Below are positions 38,545 through 52,400 of a DNA stretch of 64,000 nt, in pieces; the first letter of the stretch is position 1; the number at the start of each line of letters is the position of its first letter. The notes under the pieces were generated by a model, which saw only the letters and a program-made list of their open reading frames with translations, ran no database searches and was not told the origin of the DNA. The position numbers were made by a program, and so were the translations under genes. This stretch comes from Takakia lepidozioides. Its lineage: Eukaryota; Plantae; Bryophyta. The stretch covers positions 47,058,001 through 47,122,000 of the forward strand of contig CM060733.1 of assembly GCA_030704615.1 (NCBI GenBank). Direction: 5' to 3'.

Positions 38545-40239
38545 GGTACTGAATGCATCCTTGTCGTTGCCCTTTCCACGTATACCTGCAGTGTGTGATT
38601 CATTGCTTTGCAGATTAGACTAATCCTGTTATTGTAATTGTTGTGATGGAATTGCTGATAGCAACACAGCCATAGCAAGCAAAACTTTTGGGCATTTTTT
38701 GGACACTTTATGCCCTTCTTTTTTTCCAAACTTTCAGCAATTGACTCTTATGCTAAGGAGCAGAATGTAAGGTATTTTGTTGTTGGATGCACATGTAGCT
38801 AAGCAGAGTTGCAGTGTGTGCCATAGCTTTTTATTCCTGTGCTCATTTGGAGAGTGCTTGGAGTGCTTAAGAGTATGGTTGGCTGGATAATGTCCTCAAT
38901 TCCAAAATCTCACTTTTGGATTTATGTGGTGATGAGGTAGAGTGGGTGTGGGAGTGAAAGAAGAAATTGCTTCAGTGGGCTGCAAGTAGGGGGGGTTGTT
39001 TTAGCTCTGTCCATATTGCATTGGAGAGGACCCACAAACACAGCAGAACGTCTAGAGTTTCAACGTGGTATTGTGAAGATTTGTGAAATTTGGATTGCCA
39101 GGCAGGTAGTTTTCAATTCGTCTTGACAAGGTTCGTTGGCCATCATCAAAGTGAAAACCACTCGGAAATAGTTGTTGTAACTGTATTCTTGAGGGTAACA
39201 TAAAGTTGTACATAAGGGATTGTTGAGAATTTATGGACGGTCTGTTGCCAAAGGAGCCCAAGAAGGAATGTGGGTTGCAATATGGCATGCCCTTGGGTTG
39301 TTTGATGCTGACAAGCACAGGCTGGCAAAAATTGTGGATTGCGCAGACATTGACACCATTGCACTTGTGATAGACCTCAGCATATGGTGACAAGATAAGA
39401 AATGTCAGCTTCTACCCTAGTACCAAGTATAAGAAGATTGAATGACAGAGCATTTGGCAAGTGTTGAGGAGTCTGGACAGAGAGGGAGCACACAGGTAGG
39501 AGGTCAGGTGGGCTGTAAAGTGGACATCGACACCCAACTGTGAGGAATGCATCACTATCAACTTCCACTCTACATTGAAGAAAACTGATGAATAATCAAT
39601 TAGCAGCGATGAAGTACAAATGGGTGATAGAGCGCGGTGGAGCTGGACCAATAGTCCCCATTACTAGAGCTTGGAGCATCAATGGAGAAGAGCAAAAACC
39701 TTTGGAAAAGGTGGTGTGGTGGTAATCTTTCAAGTGGATAATGTTTCCAGAGATACCACGCTGGCTATCTTCACAGCAGGGGATGAATTCCGCAATGTAC
39801 TCTGGGTGGGGTTCTGAAAAATCCCCTGGATCCAGCACAACATCGGGCCCACTATCAAGGAGATGCAGTGTCCTCAGCAGGCAGCTGCAATAGTGGATTG
39901 AAGCCTGTTCATGATTGGAGGATGCCACGGCCAGCTCATGCCACGAAGGCAACAACAGCTATGTTGTGGAGTTTAGGAGATGTATGGAGAGTGTGCTGGA
40001 TTGTTGTGGTGAAGAACAATGCTTATCCTGCCTTAATCAAAGTATGCCGACAAGGTTGTTTGACTCCAAAGAGGAGGATTTAGCCAAGAAAACTGGATCA
40101 TGTTCACAGGCCTGTGTCAAAAAATTTCATTATGCACCAAGAGCCCAACATAGCAAGCCATTCATACATTTGGGAAGACTGAGAGAGACTTTTTGTACTG
40201 CCGTGAGATCCATCCTCAGTTTTCTGCTTGCATAGGAAA

Positions 40240-40900
40240 TCAGAGCCACTGTGATGCTCTCTTGCCACAGGATCTTTACAAGCGAACATGGGCTTCAGCT
40301 ATGAGGTCGTCTGTGCTTGAAGATAGAGGAAGAGATTTGTTATCGAGGGCTTTCTGCCCACATTTTGAGGTTTTGGCTTTGTGCGACTTCTTGTGCAAGT
40401 CAAATGCCTTTTCTTGGCTGTGCCAAGATTTGCCTACACAGTTTGATGTGTAGCTTCGTCTGCTACTATTGCCGCAAGAGAATTGATCTGTGGCAGTACT
40501 GTTTGCTGCCCCAACTGATAGAATATCTGTATTGTCAGCAACTCAAGTTCTATGTTGGACCAAAGAAACATCATTCAAGCTCTAAGTACCTGCATCAAGG
40601 TGTCAGTTTACAAGAAAACTTTGTATTTTATGTATGAGCTTAGTTTGTTGAAATCCGATTGTGTAAGTGAGCTGAATGTCGAACACCCTGCTCACCTAGT
40701 CTTTCAAACTTATCTCGTGGGGCACCATTACTATGCAGAGGACCTCATGCAAAGCCCTGATTGAATATCTTGCCAATCATGTTGCTGACTTGTCTGACCT
40801 TGCTGGTTTTGACAATTTTCTTCGAGAGCAGCCAGATATGCTGGCATTCTGGCTGTTCCAGTTGTCAAAAAGCTGAATCGCGAGAAACTACTAATCAGCA
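40240..40900 (+). pseudogene. Decayed BTB/POZ(-BACK)-like gene
   Basis: Across frameshifts: H..VLALCDF, LIEYLYC, LKSDC..EL, and LIEYLANHV.DL..LAGF..FLREQPDML. Confidence 0.5.
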
Positions 40901-41786
40901 TGGCTGTCAACAGTCAAAATTTTGAGAGCTCTCAACAAGTCCTGCGAGCATAAAGGTAGATCTGTGAGATCTAGACAAGGTGGCTCGGTGCATACTCTCT
41001 ATACAAGTAAAGAAAAGTCACTATCGATCAGGTACAGTGGGCGCCGTAGTGTCAGGCATTGTGTGCATTAATGTATAGGTAGCTTCATTGTCTGTGTTAA
41101 TTGGCTCCCTTGTAAAGTAGGCTATCAATAAAGCTAGTTTTCTTGTTAGTGAACTGTCTTCATTCTTCAGTGTAGAATATCTCACGTTGGTGTCTGGTCT
41201 TCCACTGAAAGTGCAAGTGTATCCTTTTGCATTCCCTCTTCTTATGTACAAGTGGTAGAGAGGAACTCCACATGCACACTCTCACAGGACTGAACAGGGT
41301 TGGAATGAAAATGTTGTAATTGCGTCGCTGTACTGTGAAACCTCTTGATCTACTGCCTCGTGACAATCTCCATGGGTTCTAACGTTTCTTCTATTGGCTG
41401 ACATCTTATCAGCTTGAGTCAGTTAATGCATACTGAACCTGTTTCACTGGTTGTAGTCAGATGGTGTGGTGCACCCTGCTCTTTACTAGTTCACCCAACA
41501 TGCCAAACCTTGGAGACCTTGTCTCTCCTCGATCAACATTTTCTTTTTTGTTCAAACACAAATACGATTTAAAATAAAAATAAACGATGGATGAGAAGAA
41601 TCTTTGCATACTGGACACGCAGACTTGCAACTAGTTTTCCTGACTCAATACGATCGTACTTGATATGACAAAATATGCATATGTAATGCAAGAGGCTTTT
41701 GCAACATTTTTATTTTCCTTGGGAAACCATGTTGACTTATAAATCGGTGGCCCCATACTACTCAGGGGCTCTCATTTTTAAACTGA

Positions 41787-43035
41787 CTAGGGTAGCCTGT
41801 GCCGTTGGCCCAAGTGTCCAGGGTCATGTAAGACCAAGTGCAATTTCTTATGTATCCCAATGCGTCTCCTATGTGGAGGCCCAAGTGCTACCTCTAGTGT
41901 AGCCTATGCCGTTGGCCCATGTGTGAAGAATTAAAATCTAAGCCCAAGTGCAATCTTCTATTCATGTATCCAAGTGCATCTCTAATGTAGAGGCCCAATT
42001 GCGACCTCTAGTGTCATCTAAGTCCAAGTGCAATCCCAAAGCCCACTTTGATATTTTTGCAATCTCCCTTGTCAAGGCTTCATATATTGATATATCCACT
42101 TTGCTATTTTTCATGAATTTCCAACAACCCAAAACACTTGAAATTCCCAAATCTACCACATGATGGGCCAATCATAGCTCCAGGAAAGCCCACTTTGCTA
42201 TTTTTTTCGGAATTCTGAATCTCCTATGTCGAGGCCCAAATGCAACCTCTAGGGTAGCCTTTGCCAATGGCCCAAGTGTCCAATGTCATCTAAGTAAGTT
42301 TTTTTTCCACAGAGCCTACGACCAGATTTGAACCGGAGACCTTTCCCTTGATATCTCTCCCGTCGAGGCTCCAACCATTGTCCCAGGAATGCCCACTTTG
42401 CCATTTTTGCTATTTTTGTGAATTTCCAGCGACCAAAAGTACTTGGAATTCCACATCTCCCTCACCGCTTGTCCAAAAATCATGAGACCAAGCACCCCTC
42501 CTGCCGCTCTGGGCCCGCGGTTTGGGAGATCTCAACGACGTCTCACTTCATATATTGATAAAAGTGGCATGTAACTGAGTATTGTAGAATAATAGATATT
42601 TCTTTTGTTATTAAGATTGAGAGTTTTGATAGTGTTGGACGAACTTGGGACGTAATAGCGCGATATGGGACCGATTGGCAGGAAATGGGCAAAATTGCAG
42701 ATTGGATGAAATCACAAATATCAATATATGAATCAAGACGTTTGTTTTGTTTTGTTTTGTTTTGTTTTGTTGTTGAGATCTCCCAAACTGCGGGGCCCCA
42801 GCCCCGGTGCTTGGTGCCGTTGGAAAGCCTTCGATGAGGAGGGGTGCACAGCTTGGTCTCATGATTTTTGGACCGGCGGTGTGGGAGATATGGAATTTCG
42901 AGTCTTTGGGTCGCTGGAAATTCGAAAAAAATGGCAAAGTGGGCTTTCCTGGGGCTATGATTGGCCCATCAGGTGGCAGATTTGGAATTCCAAATACTTT
43001 TGGTCACTGGAAATTCGCAAAAAATAGCAAAGTGA
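41787..43035. mobile_element. Cluster of non-autonomous Helitron-like units; minus-strand units 41787-42090 and 42249-42558, plus-strand unit starting at 42721
   Basis: Minus-strand ends read GGCCAACGGC..GGCTACCCTAG (hairpin + CTAG) at 41787, 41894 and 42249. 5'-TCAATATATGAA starts occur at 42090(-), 42558(-) and 42721(+). 42385-42558 is inverted to 42721-42950. Confidence 0.55.
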
Positions 43036-43967
43036 AAGGTGAGAGAGTGAAATAGACGAAATTTGAAGAACGGGGAGGAGAGACAGGACAGTGGCGAGTG
43101 GAGATTGACGAGTACAGAGGCGAGAACACAGTGCAATTACTGGCCGGCGGAGGTGCGGAAGAGAGTATCAAACGAAGAATTGTGGTTGCAGGGACACTAA
43201 AATGGCCGGCACAAGCACGTACAGCATTGAAAAATCCCTCTTTTTGTCTTCTGTTTCATGTTTTGTGTTGGCCTGTTCTCAATTTTGTGTTGGCCCGCTC
43301 TTGATTCATGTGGCTTGTTCTCGATTCAATTCGTTTGGATCCAGCTTCATTCTATGCTGCACTGCACTGTCTTCAGTGCACTCTCATCTCTGCTTCAGTG
43401 CTTCAGTCCGTGCTTCAGTGCACATTAGGTTTCTGTTTCATTGTTTGCTTCGTTATTTGATTCATTCCTGCTTCATTCTCTGTCAATTTATTTCACTCCT
43501 GCTCCATTCTGTGCTTCAGTGCACTCCTGCTTCATTGCTTCACTGTTGTTTTTCAATTCACCGATGGTTTGCACGATGGTTTTGTGTGGTGGTTTTGTGC
43601 GCAATAGGGTTTGTGTGTGCTTGTTCTGGTCGATTAGGGTAATGGTTTAGGGTGGCGGGAGATTACCGTGCTGGTTGTATTGCTTGTTTTGCTCAATGTG
43701 GTGGTTTTTTTAGGACGGTGGTTTTGGAAATGTCCGGATGTTTATTTCTCAACCGTTTTCTTGATCCCCAAATCCAGCGTTAATTTGTTCTTGTCAATTA
43801 ATAGTTGATGCATTTCTTCCCATTCAAATTCAATTCTGAATGGAAATTTTCATTTCTTATCCAATTTTGTCGAATGTGGCAATTTTGAAAAACCACGATA
43901 GCCTAGTCTACTTTCAGAGAACTCGAACCTAGTAGTAACATTATCATCTGAAATGTTACTTAGAACT

Positions 43968-45944
43968 CAACGACGCAATGGCGTGAGCGTTGCGCGTGAG
44001 CGCGCGAGCATACGCTCACGCCAGCTGACGTGGCGTGAGCCTGCACCCACGCTGACGTGGCGTGAGCGTCATGTTAGCATGCTGATGTGACAGAAAATGA
44101 TGACGTAGCACTGTCCGTCATCTGCCACGTCAGCATTAACATGCGCCGCCTATAACCGAGGATGGTCCTATGACCGTGGAATTAATGTAGGGAATCTTGC
44201 CTAAATAGAATCAAGACTACCATGAGGCCTACAATTGTAGCATCCAACATTGTGCAATTACAAATGCTTGTTTCACTTTACCAATTACGAGGACGAGAAA
44301 ATATCCTCACAAGTGTGCACCTTCCCCCTCCTCAAATAACAATGAGAGTTAGGATCATCTTCAAAAGATGATTGTAGTGCATAGCGACCGCAAGACATGT
44401 AGACTTCGAACGGTGCAATGACAAATGTGCTATTAAAAGTTACCACGAGGCCATATCATTGCACCGCCGACAAATTGATGTGAATTACACATTTCAATCA
44501 TGGTCGTCCACATACCACATTGCATAGTTGATGCTACCCATAGTGTTGTATCCCGCTACAATAGAGTATCGACCTCGTTGAAACTCATAGTGGCCTGGTG
44601 AATGAAGTTGTCACGTTGGGGATCGCAAACCATCCTCTTCAAAAATATGAAATACAAATGTTTGCAGGGTAAGAATTTACCTCTCTTGCCCAAACTGGTT
44701 GATAGCATATTCAAAAATCAGGCATGTACAATTGGGGAAATTGGAAAACCATGATGGTCGTAGGTCCTGTCATGAACAGCAGTTTTGAAAGTGATGATTG
44801 TGAATACCCGACCATATCTTGGATCGGGTACTTCCGTGGTACTTCCAACACGAGCTTGGAGCATTCTTGCGGACTCCACTTTGCCCCAGTGTTTCAGCGG
44901 TTGGAGGGGGAAACGCCAAACGGGCTTTCCATCTCGTTTGGTTGGCCATAAGTCGGATTTGCCGGGGGGACCCGGGAGGACGCAGCAGAAGAAGTAGCAA
45001 CACATGCATGGAGTTGGGATTGTCTCTTCGCAAGGGAAAGGCCTCCTACCACTCCACGCATTTCCATCATCTGAAATCTTCGCTGGTTCCCAAATCTCCA
45101 CGGAGCACAAACGGCCACTTGGAGGAGATGAGACCCACATTCACTCACGACGGAGGCCGCACAGTTCTGCCCACATCTGGCACCCACATCCTTGCGCAGA
45201 CCACGAACTTGTGGTTCTTGGTTCTGGTGACGTCATGGACCTACGCATCAGTTTCAAACTACCGTGAAAGTCGGAGCAGGAGTATCGGGGGCACCCCCCC
45301 ATCCTTGTACCGATGAAGTGCACTTCTCGAAATTAGTTGGCCCTGATCGCTGTACATTTCACACGAGACCCTACCACTTGTGCGTTCTATGTGCCAAACG
45401 TGGGTCGGGGCATGCGGACTCAAGCACATCAAGGGGGTTGTTTTCTCTTCTCCTGCACCATTTCAGTGGCACTGTTTGATGCTGGAGCTTGCCCGTGTTT
45501 GGGAGTTCCTCACAAGAATGGGAGGTTCCGGACATGGAGCTATCATGCACGAGGCTTCGAGAAGTTATCACGATCTGCCCTGTGCGAATCGGAATCCGAA
45601 CCAGGTGGAGTGTTCAATTTCATACTACACGGAGCCGAATCCTCCTCCCCCTTCAGATGTGGAACTAGTCTAGAACAAGTGGTGTTCCCTGGGCATACAT
45701 GCCACCGCCCGTGCTATCTTGATTGGATCCTCATATCTGTTTGCAGCACGCAACATCAACTCCCATTTGTCCGGACCCTTGCCACCAACCCACCTCGCAA
45801 GAAATCACGGTATCGGGTTTTGTTGTTGCAAGGCACGTATCAAATCATCTGTTGTTGCCACATACAAATCCCGACCTCGTTTCCCAGACGGCGCAACCAT
45901 GCGTTGTGCACAGTTTCTGCCAAATTGCAAGATGGCATGTCCGC
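43968..45944 (-). mobile_element. DNA transposon end (CGTGAGC repeats) with MULE-associated SWIM transposase C-terminus, interrupted by an LTR at 45945
   Basis: Terminus CAACGACGC followed by GCGTGAGC repeats (43968-44070); coding remnant 44546-45944. Confidence 0.65.
44546..45944 (-). pseudogene. Transposase C-terminal half with SWIM zinc finger
   Basis: MPSCNLAETVHN.W..SG.RG.DLYVATTDDLIRA, FWFC, WP, and FPNCTC...GKRGKFLPCKHLYFIF; many frameshifts; paralog of 48520-49425. Confidence 0.75.
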
Positions 45945-46340
45945 TGTTAGGGGACTGCTTGGGAGTTTAACGCTTTTACAGGTTCTGTGGGGTACCCTTA
46001 ATTTTTACACAGACTGAGATCAATATTAGGGATGACAGCAGCAGGCTTTAGGGGGGGTTTACACAGCTCGTCACAGCCGCCACAGCCAACACAGCCCAAT
46101 ACAGCCCGACACAGCCGACACAACCAGTCACAGCCCGACACAGCCGTTACAGCCCGTCACAGTCGGTCACAGTCCGTCACAGTCCGTCACAGCCAATCAC
46201 AGCCAGTCACAGCCCGTCATAGCTTCAACAAGCCCAACGCAGTTTTGCACAGTTGTCACAGTACAGGGGACGGTTTAACATGGACAGGAACGACTGTGTG
46301 GGGAACGACATCTGCAGAGGGAAATATGTTACTTCAGGGG
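45945..46340 (+). mobile_element. 5' part of an LTR related to 62121-63051
   Basis: Begins TGTTAGGGGACTG, with GGGTACCCTTAATTTTT.CACAGACTGAGA and a CACAGCC array; truncated by the element starting at 46368. Confidence 0.8.
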
Positions 46341-47639
46341 TGAGGTTAGTTAGCAAGGCGTTAGAACCAGGGATGCCTCGACGTGAGTCTGGTGCGTGAG
46401 AGCCGCGTGAGCGTGGTGACGCAACTGCGCTCACGCCACGTCACCTTGCGGCAACACCACATCACGGGCTCACTCCACGTCATGCGCTTGAAGGCCCCAT
46501 CACCACCGCGCTACAGGAAGAAGTGGAGTGTATTCCCGCGGAAGAGCACCCTTCACCGGGGAAGGAACAAGCTGGCATGACATAATAATAAAAGGACGTG
46601 GTCAATCCCACCTGAAAGCAACAGATGAAATGAAGGATGATGAATGTAGATGGGGAGACAACAGATGGATGAGTGCGAAAAATGAAAGTAGATGGATGAA
46701 TGTGGGATGGGTAATAGTAAAATGGATGAATGTATAATGGATGGAATAATGGAAAACATTCATGACTGGAGGATGCATGAATATACTGTAGATGAATGCA
46801 CAATGTATATGACATGAGTGTGATAGGTTTGTGGGGTGGATTACAAAGTACAGTGGATGAATGTATACTTGATGTTTAATAAAGGAAAACATTCACGAAT
46901 GGAGCACGCATGAATGCACAATGGATATGACAAGAGTGAGTGGGGTTTGTCGGATGGATTCATACATATTGCCATTTTAATGAAAGTGGATTCTTTGATT
47001 TTCTTTTTTTCTGCCGGAACAACTACAGTGGAGTAAGGGGATTCAATGTTTTCCGAAGAGGATGAAACAGAACATTAAGAGACCAAAGTTCAGTCTGACT
47101 CAGAGTCAATACAATGTATCCTTGCGTCCTCTGCATCTAAGTCTAAGTATTGAAGAACTCCGGATCTACGCTGGCTACACCTACGGCCGGGCAATAAAAA
47201 GTCAGGGGATAGAGACTTGGCCGCATGAAGTGCCATTGCTTCGGCATACACGGGAAGCAGAAAATTGGAAAGGGCCTGTCGAAAACAGACTCGTCACAAA
47301 TGGGGGTATCTCCTGAAGATCCATCGCTGCCTTTCCTGCAAGTCACAGCCCGAAAAAAATTATTACTATAAATTTAGGCATAGATATCATCCGGCATAGT
47401 GGGATGTCCAGACGCCCTCTAGAGACGAGCATGTCCCTAATAACCTCCTGAGAGTTTACCTTCTGGAATGACATGAGTTCTTTCACCTTGTCAAGGTAGT
47501 GCACATCAGGTTCATCTGCTTCATCGCTATTCTAAGAGCTCTTGCCTGACTCGTCCCCATCTCCAGAACCTTTTGCCTCTATTCTTGTCTGCTTGGACTT
47601 CACAGTTTTCTCACGATGCCATTCCAATCTTTCAGTGAG

Positions 47640-48517
47640 TAATGTGCAAATAGTGAACGTCCGTACCGACCATCACTCTGTCTCCTCTCAAATCACAGTG
47701 AATGGCGGCACCGACATTCACAACAATCTACAAAACCAAAGCTGATCCAGACGAATGCAAACCAAAACAATATGACTACATAGTGATGGTCGGTACCGAC
47801 AATCACTATGTTTCCGGGCAAACATGTACACTGAGGTTCTGAGCATTAGCAAACGGCGTTAACGACAATGCATTTGACATTACATTTGAAGGACCTGCTG
47901 GATCGGTTTGGTGCAATGAAATATATGTCTAAGTGATTGGCGGCACCGACACTCAGTCTAGTTTAGGGCAAAAATTGAGTGCAGATAAGTCAAAGAGACT
48001 CCATTGTGATGATCGTCACAAACAATCACTGTTTCTTGTCTTCTCGAACGTACTTTCCAATCGATACTCTACATGAATCTACAGTATGGTCGCCAAAAAA
48101 GTGATTGGCGGTACCGCCATTCCACTTCCCTAATCTGTTCAACCTGAAACATAGAAAATGCAATGCAAGACAACTAACTGAATATGCCGACCATCACTCT
48201 ACCTCACGCACACAGGTACATAAAGCTCATGAGGAGAATCGAATGGCGTTAACGACAATCGCACTACACTAGAATCAAATGTCGACAATCACATGTTTCC
48301 TGCTACAGAATGAAAGAGAAGGAGTGTTTGAAAGGCAATCAGACTGACTCTACGATCTGAAGAACAGTGAATGGCGGTACCGCCAGTCACAAACTGCAGG
48401 TGTGGAAAACCATAAACAGAGGAGTACAAAGCAAATCAACATGGCTTCATAGTGAATGGCGGTACCACCAGTCACAAACTGCTGGTGTGGAAAACCATAA
48501 ACAGAGGAGTACAAAGC
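47640..48517. repeat. GTGA(A/T)TGGCGG(T/C)ACCG / ACCGAC.ATCAC motif array with a 66-bp direct duplication
   Basis: Motif recurs about 10 times; 48368-48433 is duplicated at 48452-48517. Confidence 0.6.
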
Positions 48518-48519
48518 AG

Positions 48520-49425
48520 TACACATGATTTGATACGTGCCTTGCAACAACAAACCGATACCGTGATTTCTGCGAGGTGGGGTTGGTGGCAAGGGTCCGG
48601 ACAAATTGGAGTTGATGTTGCGTGCTGCAAAACAAATCTGGGGATCCAAGCAAGATAGCACGGGCGCTGGTGCATGTATGCCCAGGGAATGCCACTTGTT
48701 TCAAGAGTTCCACATCTTGAAGGGGAGGAGAGATTCGGCTCGTATAAGAGGAAATTGAACACTCCACCTGGTTCGGATTCCGATTCGCACAGGGTAGACC
48801 GTGATAACTTCTTCGAAGCTTGGTGTTCCTCTACATGACAGATCCATGTCCAGAACTTTCATTCTGGAGGAACCTCCAACACGACGGCAGGCTCCAGCAT
48901 CAAACAGTGCCACTCAAATGGTGCAGGAGAGCAACAACCCCCTTGATGTGCTTGAGTCCGCATGCCCCGACCACGTTTGGCACATAGAACGCACAAATGC
49001 AAGGTCTCGTGTGAAATGTACAACGATCAGGGCAACTAATTTCGAGAAGTGCACTTCATCTATATCCAGAGGTGGTGCCCAGACTCCTGCTCCGACTTTC
49101 ACGGGTTTGATGCGTCCATACGGTCAACCAGAAGCCAAGAACCACAAGTTCTGGTTCTGCGCAGATGATTGTGGCAGATGTGTGCATGGAACTGTGCGTC
49201 CTTCCGTGGTGATGAAGCCAGCTCTTCCAACCGTTTGGCCCGTCAAGGTGGGAACACATCTCACAAGTCAGGAGATTGCAATGTTGGAGGAGGCAGACTT
49301 TTCCCTTGCGAGACAACCCCAACTGCATGCATGTGCTACTACTTCTGCGTCCTCTCGGGTACCTCCGACAAATCCTCACTTGTGGCCAACCAAACGAGAT
49401 GGAAAGCTTGTTCAGCATTTCCCTC
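48520..49425 (+). pseudogene. Transposase C-terminal region (same family as 44546-45944)
   Basis: DLIRALQQQ..GKGPDKLELMLRAA..PHLEGEERFGSYKRK..SHR.D, WHIER, TPAPTF.G, FWFCADD..RCV.G, VWPVKVGT.L. Confidence 0.75.
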
Positions 49426-52400
49426 TGTCGCGCGGCTTTTACTCACCCATCCCTTCGCTATTCGAGGCGGAAACTCCAAGATTGAAGAGTTGGAAATCTC
49501 TAAGTACTCAGCCCGCGCAGAACAATCAGTCATGACCTACAGCTAGTGTATCATGGGGGTGTTTCCTATTTGTTTCCCTTTTGGTATTCATGTTAACTAT
49601 CTTACCATTGATAATTAAATATCAGTTTGAGTTTATTAATCTATTGGATTCCATCCATTCATTCCACAGCTTCACTCAGATCTCTCTACACAGTGTGTTG
49701 GTATCGTAAAAGTATCCGATTATGATTTATAGGTATCAGGCCGAAGCCAATGTGTCTCTAATCTCCTCTACAATATCATTACAATCTTGCATATATCAAG
49801 CATCTACTCATTTCTCTATCTTCACTTCGTTTTCATCTCTGCCCGATCCCTCTCCTCTATCACAAGAAGTCTCCTCCGAATGTGTGAAATCCCCTTCCTT
49901 CATTCCCAGTTTCCTCCCTTTTATCTTCCTATCCGCGGTTCTAACCGTTTCCCTCACTAACCGTCGTCTGTGAACTAACATGTTCCCTTCAAGGTGTTGT
50001 TCCCCACAGTCGTCCCGGCCTACTCTTCGTTCCCTATGATCGTGACAGCTGTGTCAAGCTGTGTCAAGCTGTGTGGCCTGGCTGTGTGAAAACTGTGACG
50101 GGCTGTGACTGACTGTGCGACTGTGTTTGGCTGTGTTGGCTGTGTAAGGCTGTACGACTGTGAGGGCTGCGTTGATTGTTGTCGGCTGTTGTGACGACTG
50201 TGAGGCTGGCTGTGTTGGCTGTGTCTGCTGTGACGACTGTGCGGGCTGGGTTGGCTGTGGCGTCGGCTGTGACGACTGTGACGGGCTGCTTTGTGCTGTG
50301 ATGCTGTGACGACGGGCGGACGGTGCGTGTCTTGCTGTGACTGTGTTGTGCGACGAGTGATGTGTGACGCCCGACTGTGTGTAACCCCCCTCTACAGTGC
50401 GCTGCTGTCAACCCTAAGGCTCCTGTTGGTCTCAGTCTGTGCAAAAATTAGGGGTACCCTACAGATCCCGTATAAGTGTCTAAGTCCCCGACAGTCCTCT
50501 AACATTACCCCTTCCCCCCTCAAAAAGCCGTGTCCTCACGGTTTACTGATTTCTACTAGCAAACCTTTGTGAGTGAGCTCCTTCTTGACGTTGAGAGTTT
50601 CGTGGCGGACTGTGTGTACGAGCCCGAGGTCTGTTTCTGTTGGACGGAGATGGTTGATCACTACCTGGATAAGTGAGCCCTCTGGAGGCTGATATCGAGG
50701 TAATCTTCCGGCATAGGAGATCCCCGTCGCTTCTTCTCTTCCATCTGAATTGCATTAGTCTTCTCCCATGTCAAAAGAATTCGGTGTGAAGAAGAAAAGT
50801 TGTATCAGATCTCATCGCCTCTCAGGTGTTTTAATTTTCGAACTTTTTGTGTAATCATCTGGGGCATACAATGTTGTCCTACCACATGTCTGGAAGTTTG
50901 TATTTTACAAACATGGTGTGAACCGCTGAACAGCAAAATTGGTGTAGACATGAGCTCCTTGTCTGTCCAGGTGAGTGGGGTAGGTTACCCAATTACTGGT
51001 GCAGCGTGCAAGTACTTCCATGCCACATGTCCCTTATAAAAATGTCATCAATGCCGAATTTCTGTGTTGACAAATGGTTGCAGGCTGCTTGAAACCATGA
51101 GCGAATTTGAGAATCCTTTTGCCATCATAAACTTTTGGGTCATATAGGTACATAGAGGTGGCACTGAAGGTTAATACCCAATGATCTCCACTGGAATAAC
51201 TTTGAAAGCGTGTTTGCATCTTTTGTTGCTCAATGTGGTAACGTACCAGAAAACGCGCAGCGTAGTATAACCCGCACCCCATGACAATACTGCTATCTCC
51301 TTGGTCTTGGTATAAATGAGTCCATGTACAACCTGGAAAGCAATCAATTCCCTCAAATGGTACCTGCCTCGTGCCAGTATTGTGCAAGTGATGATCTTCA
51401 ATAGTCGATTGTTCGGAAGAACTTTAGTCCTAGTTGCCACTGGCATCCAAATACGCATGATTGGTGTAGTAATGTGCGAATGACTGCGGGAGGACTAAAT
51501 TCTTCCAAGCCAAACCAACATGATGGGAATTTGGTTGAAGGGACATAATCAATAGCCCTACTGTACTCCCTTGCAGTGGAGTTTTAGGTGGGTTAAAAGC
51601 GGCATTGCCCCATACCTCCGGCTGTGGTGGCTGTGGTGTGCTTGTAGTAACCACAGGTTCAGCTACTGGTACAGTGACTTGTTGTGGTGGTGGTGGTACT
51701 GGCTCTTGTATCATTGGCATCACCTGCACCTCCTGTGAAGACTGAAAAGCCAAAGTTCTGGCTTGTAAATAAGAAGCCATTAGCTGTTCCTGAGGGATAT
51801 AGACTCTTTGGTCGATGTTGAAGTGAGTTCTTCGACTTGAGTCTGGAGTCGTCTACATCCTCTTGTAACTCTGCTATCCTACTATAGACATTGTCTATAG
51901 TAGTTGTGGCAATGTTCTGCACCTGCAGCTGCCTGAGCTCATTCATCTCGCTTTGCGGGTGAGCTTCCGTGGTGCGCTGGGCCTCTACTGGCCCTTGTGC
52001 TAACAGACCTGCATAAGGCTGTTATCCACCAAGTTGCTTGTGGTTCCCCTGAGAGTTTGCTCCTCTCTCAGTGTATAATTCCAACTGCTGGTTGTAAGCC
52101 TCCATGCGCTTTGCCTGAGGTTCAACCAATTGTGCATAAGCAGCAAGTAGATTTGGCTTCCTTCCAAGCCTTGTTATTGACCGCGATTTCATTTCTATTC
52201 GCCATGATGGTTTGTTGCAACTCCACGATGTGCTTCTCTTGATTAGCTTCAATCTGCCTGTATTGCTTGAAAGTATTTTCATTGCGACAGATTGTATTCT
52301 TCATATCGACAATGAAGCTTCATTTGCTCAACATTCTCTTCTTCTGCCTTCGTACATTTTTACGCTTGACTGTTTATTCTTTTGTAGATTGGTCAAGCAT

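Larger units (their letters stand above)
46368..49425. mobile_element. DNA transposon: CAGGGATGCC terminus, accessory exons (-), motif spacer, transposase C-terminus (+); interrupted by an LTR at 49426
   Basis: Inverted homolog of 1140-2141; exon 47090-47335(-); possible exon 47460-47630(-); transposase remnant 48520-49425(+). Treating it as a single element is an inference. Confidence 0.6.

Noticed and set aside
39050-40235. Degenerate LINE or short CDS (39915-40235)
   Set aside because: Many stops in all frames and only vague similarity; cannot support a call.
42740-42772. (GTTTT)n microsatellite (also (TA)n at 16949-16964) as a functional element
   Set aside because: Ordinary simple repeats associated with TE ends.
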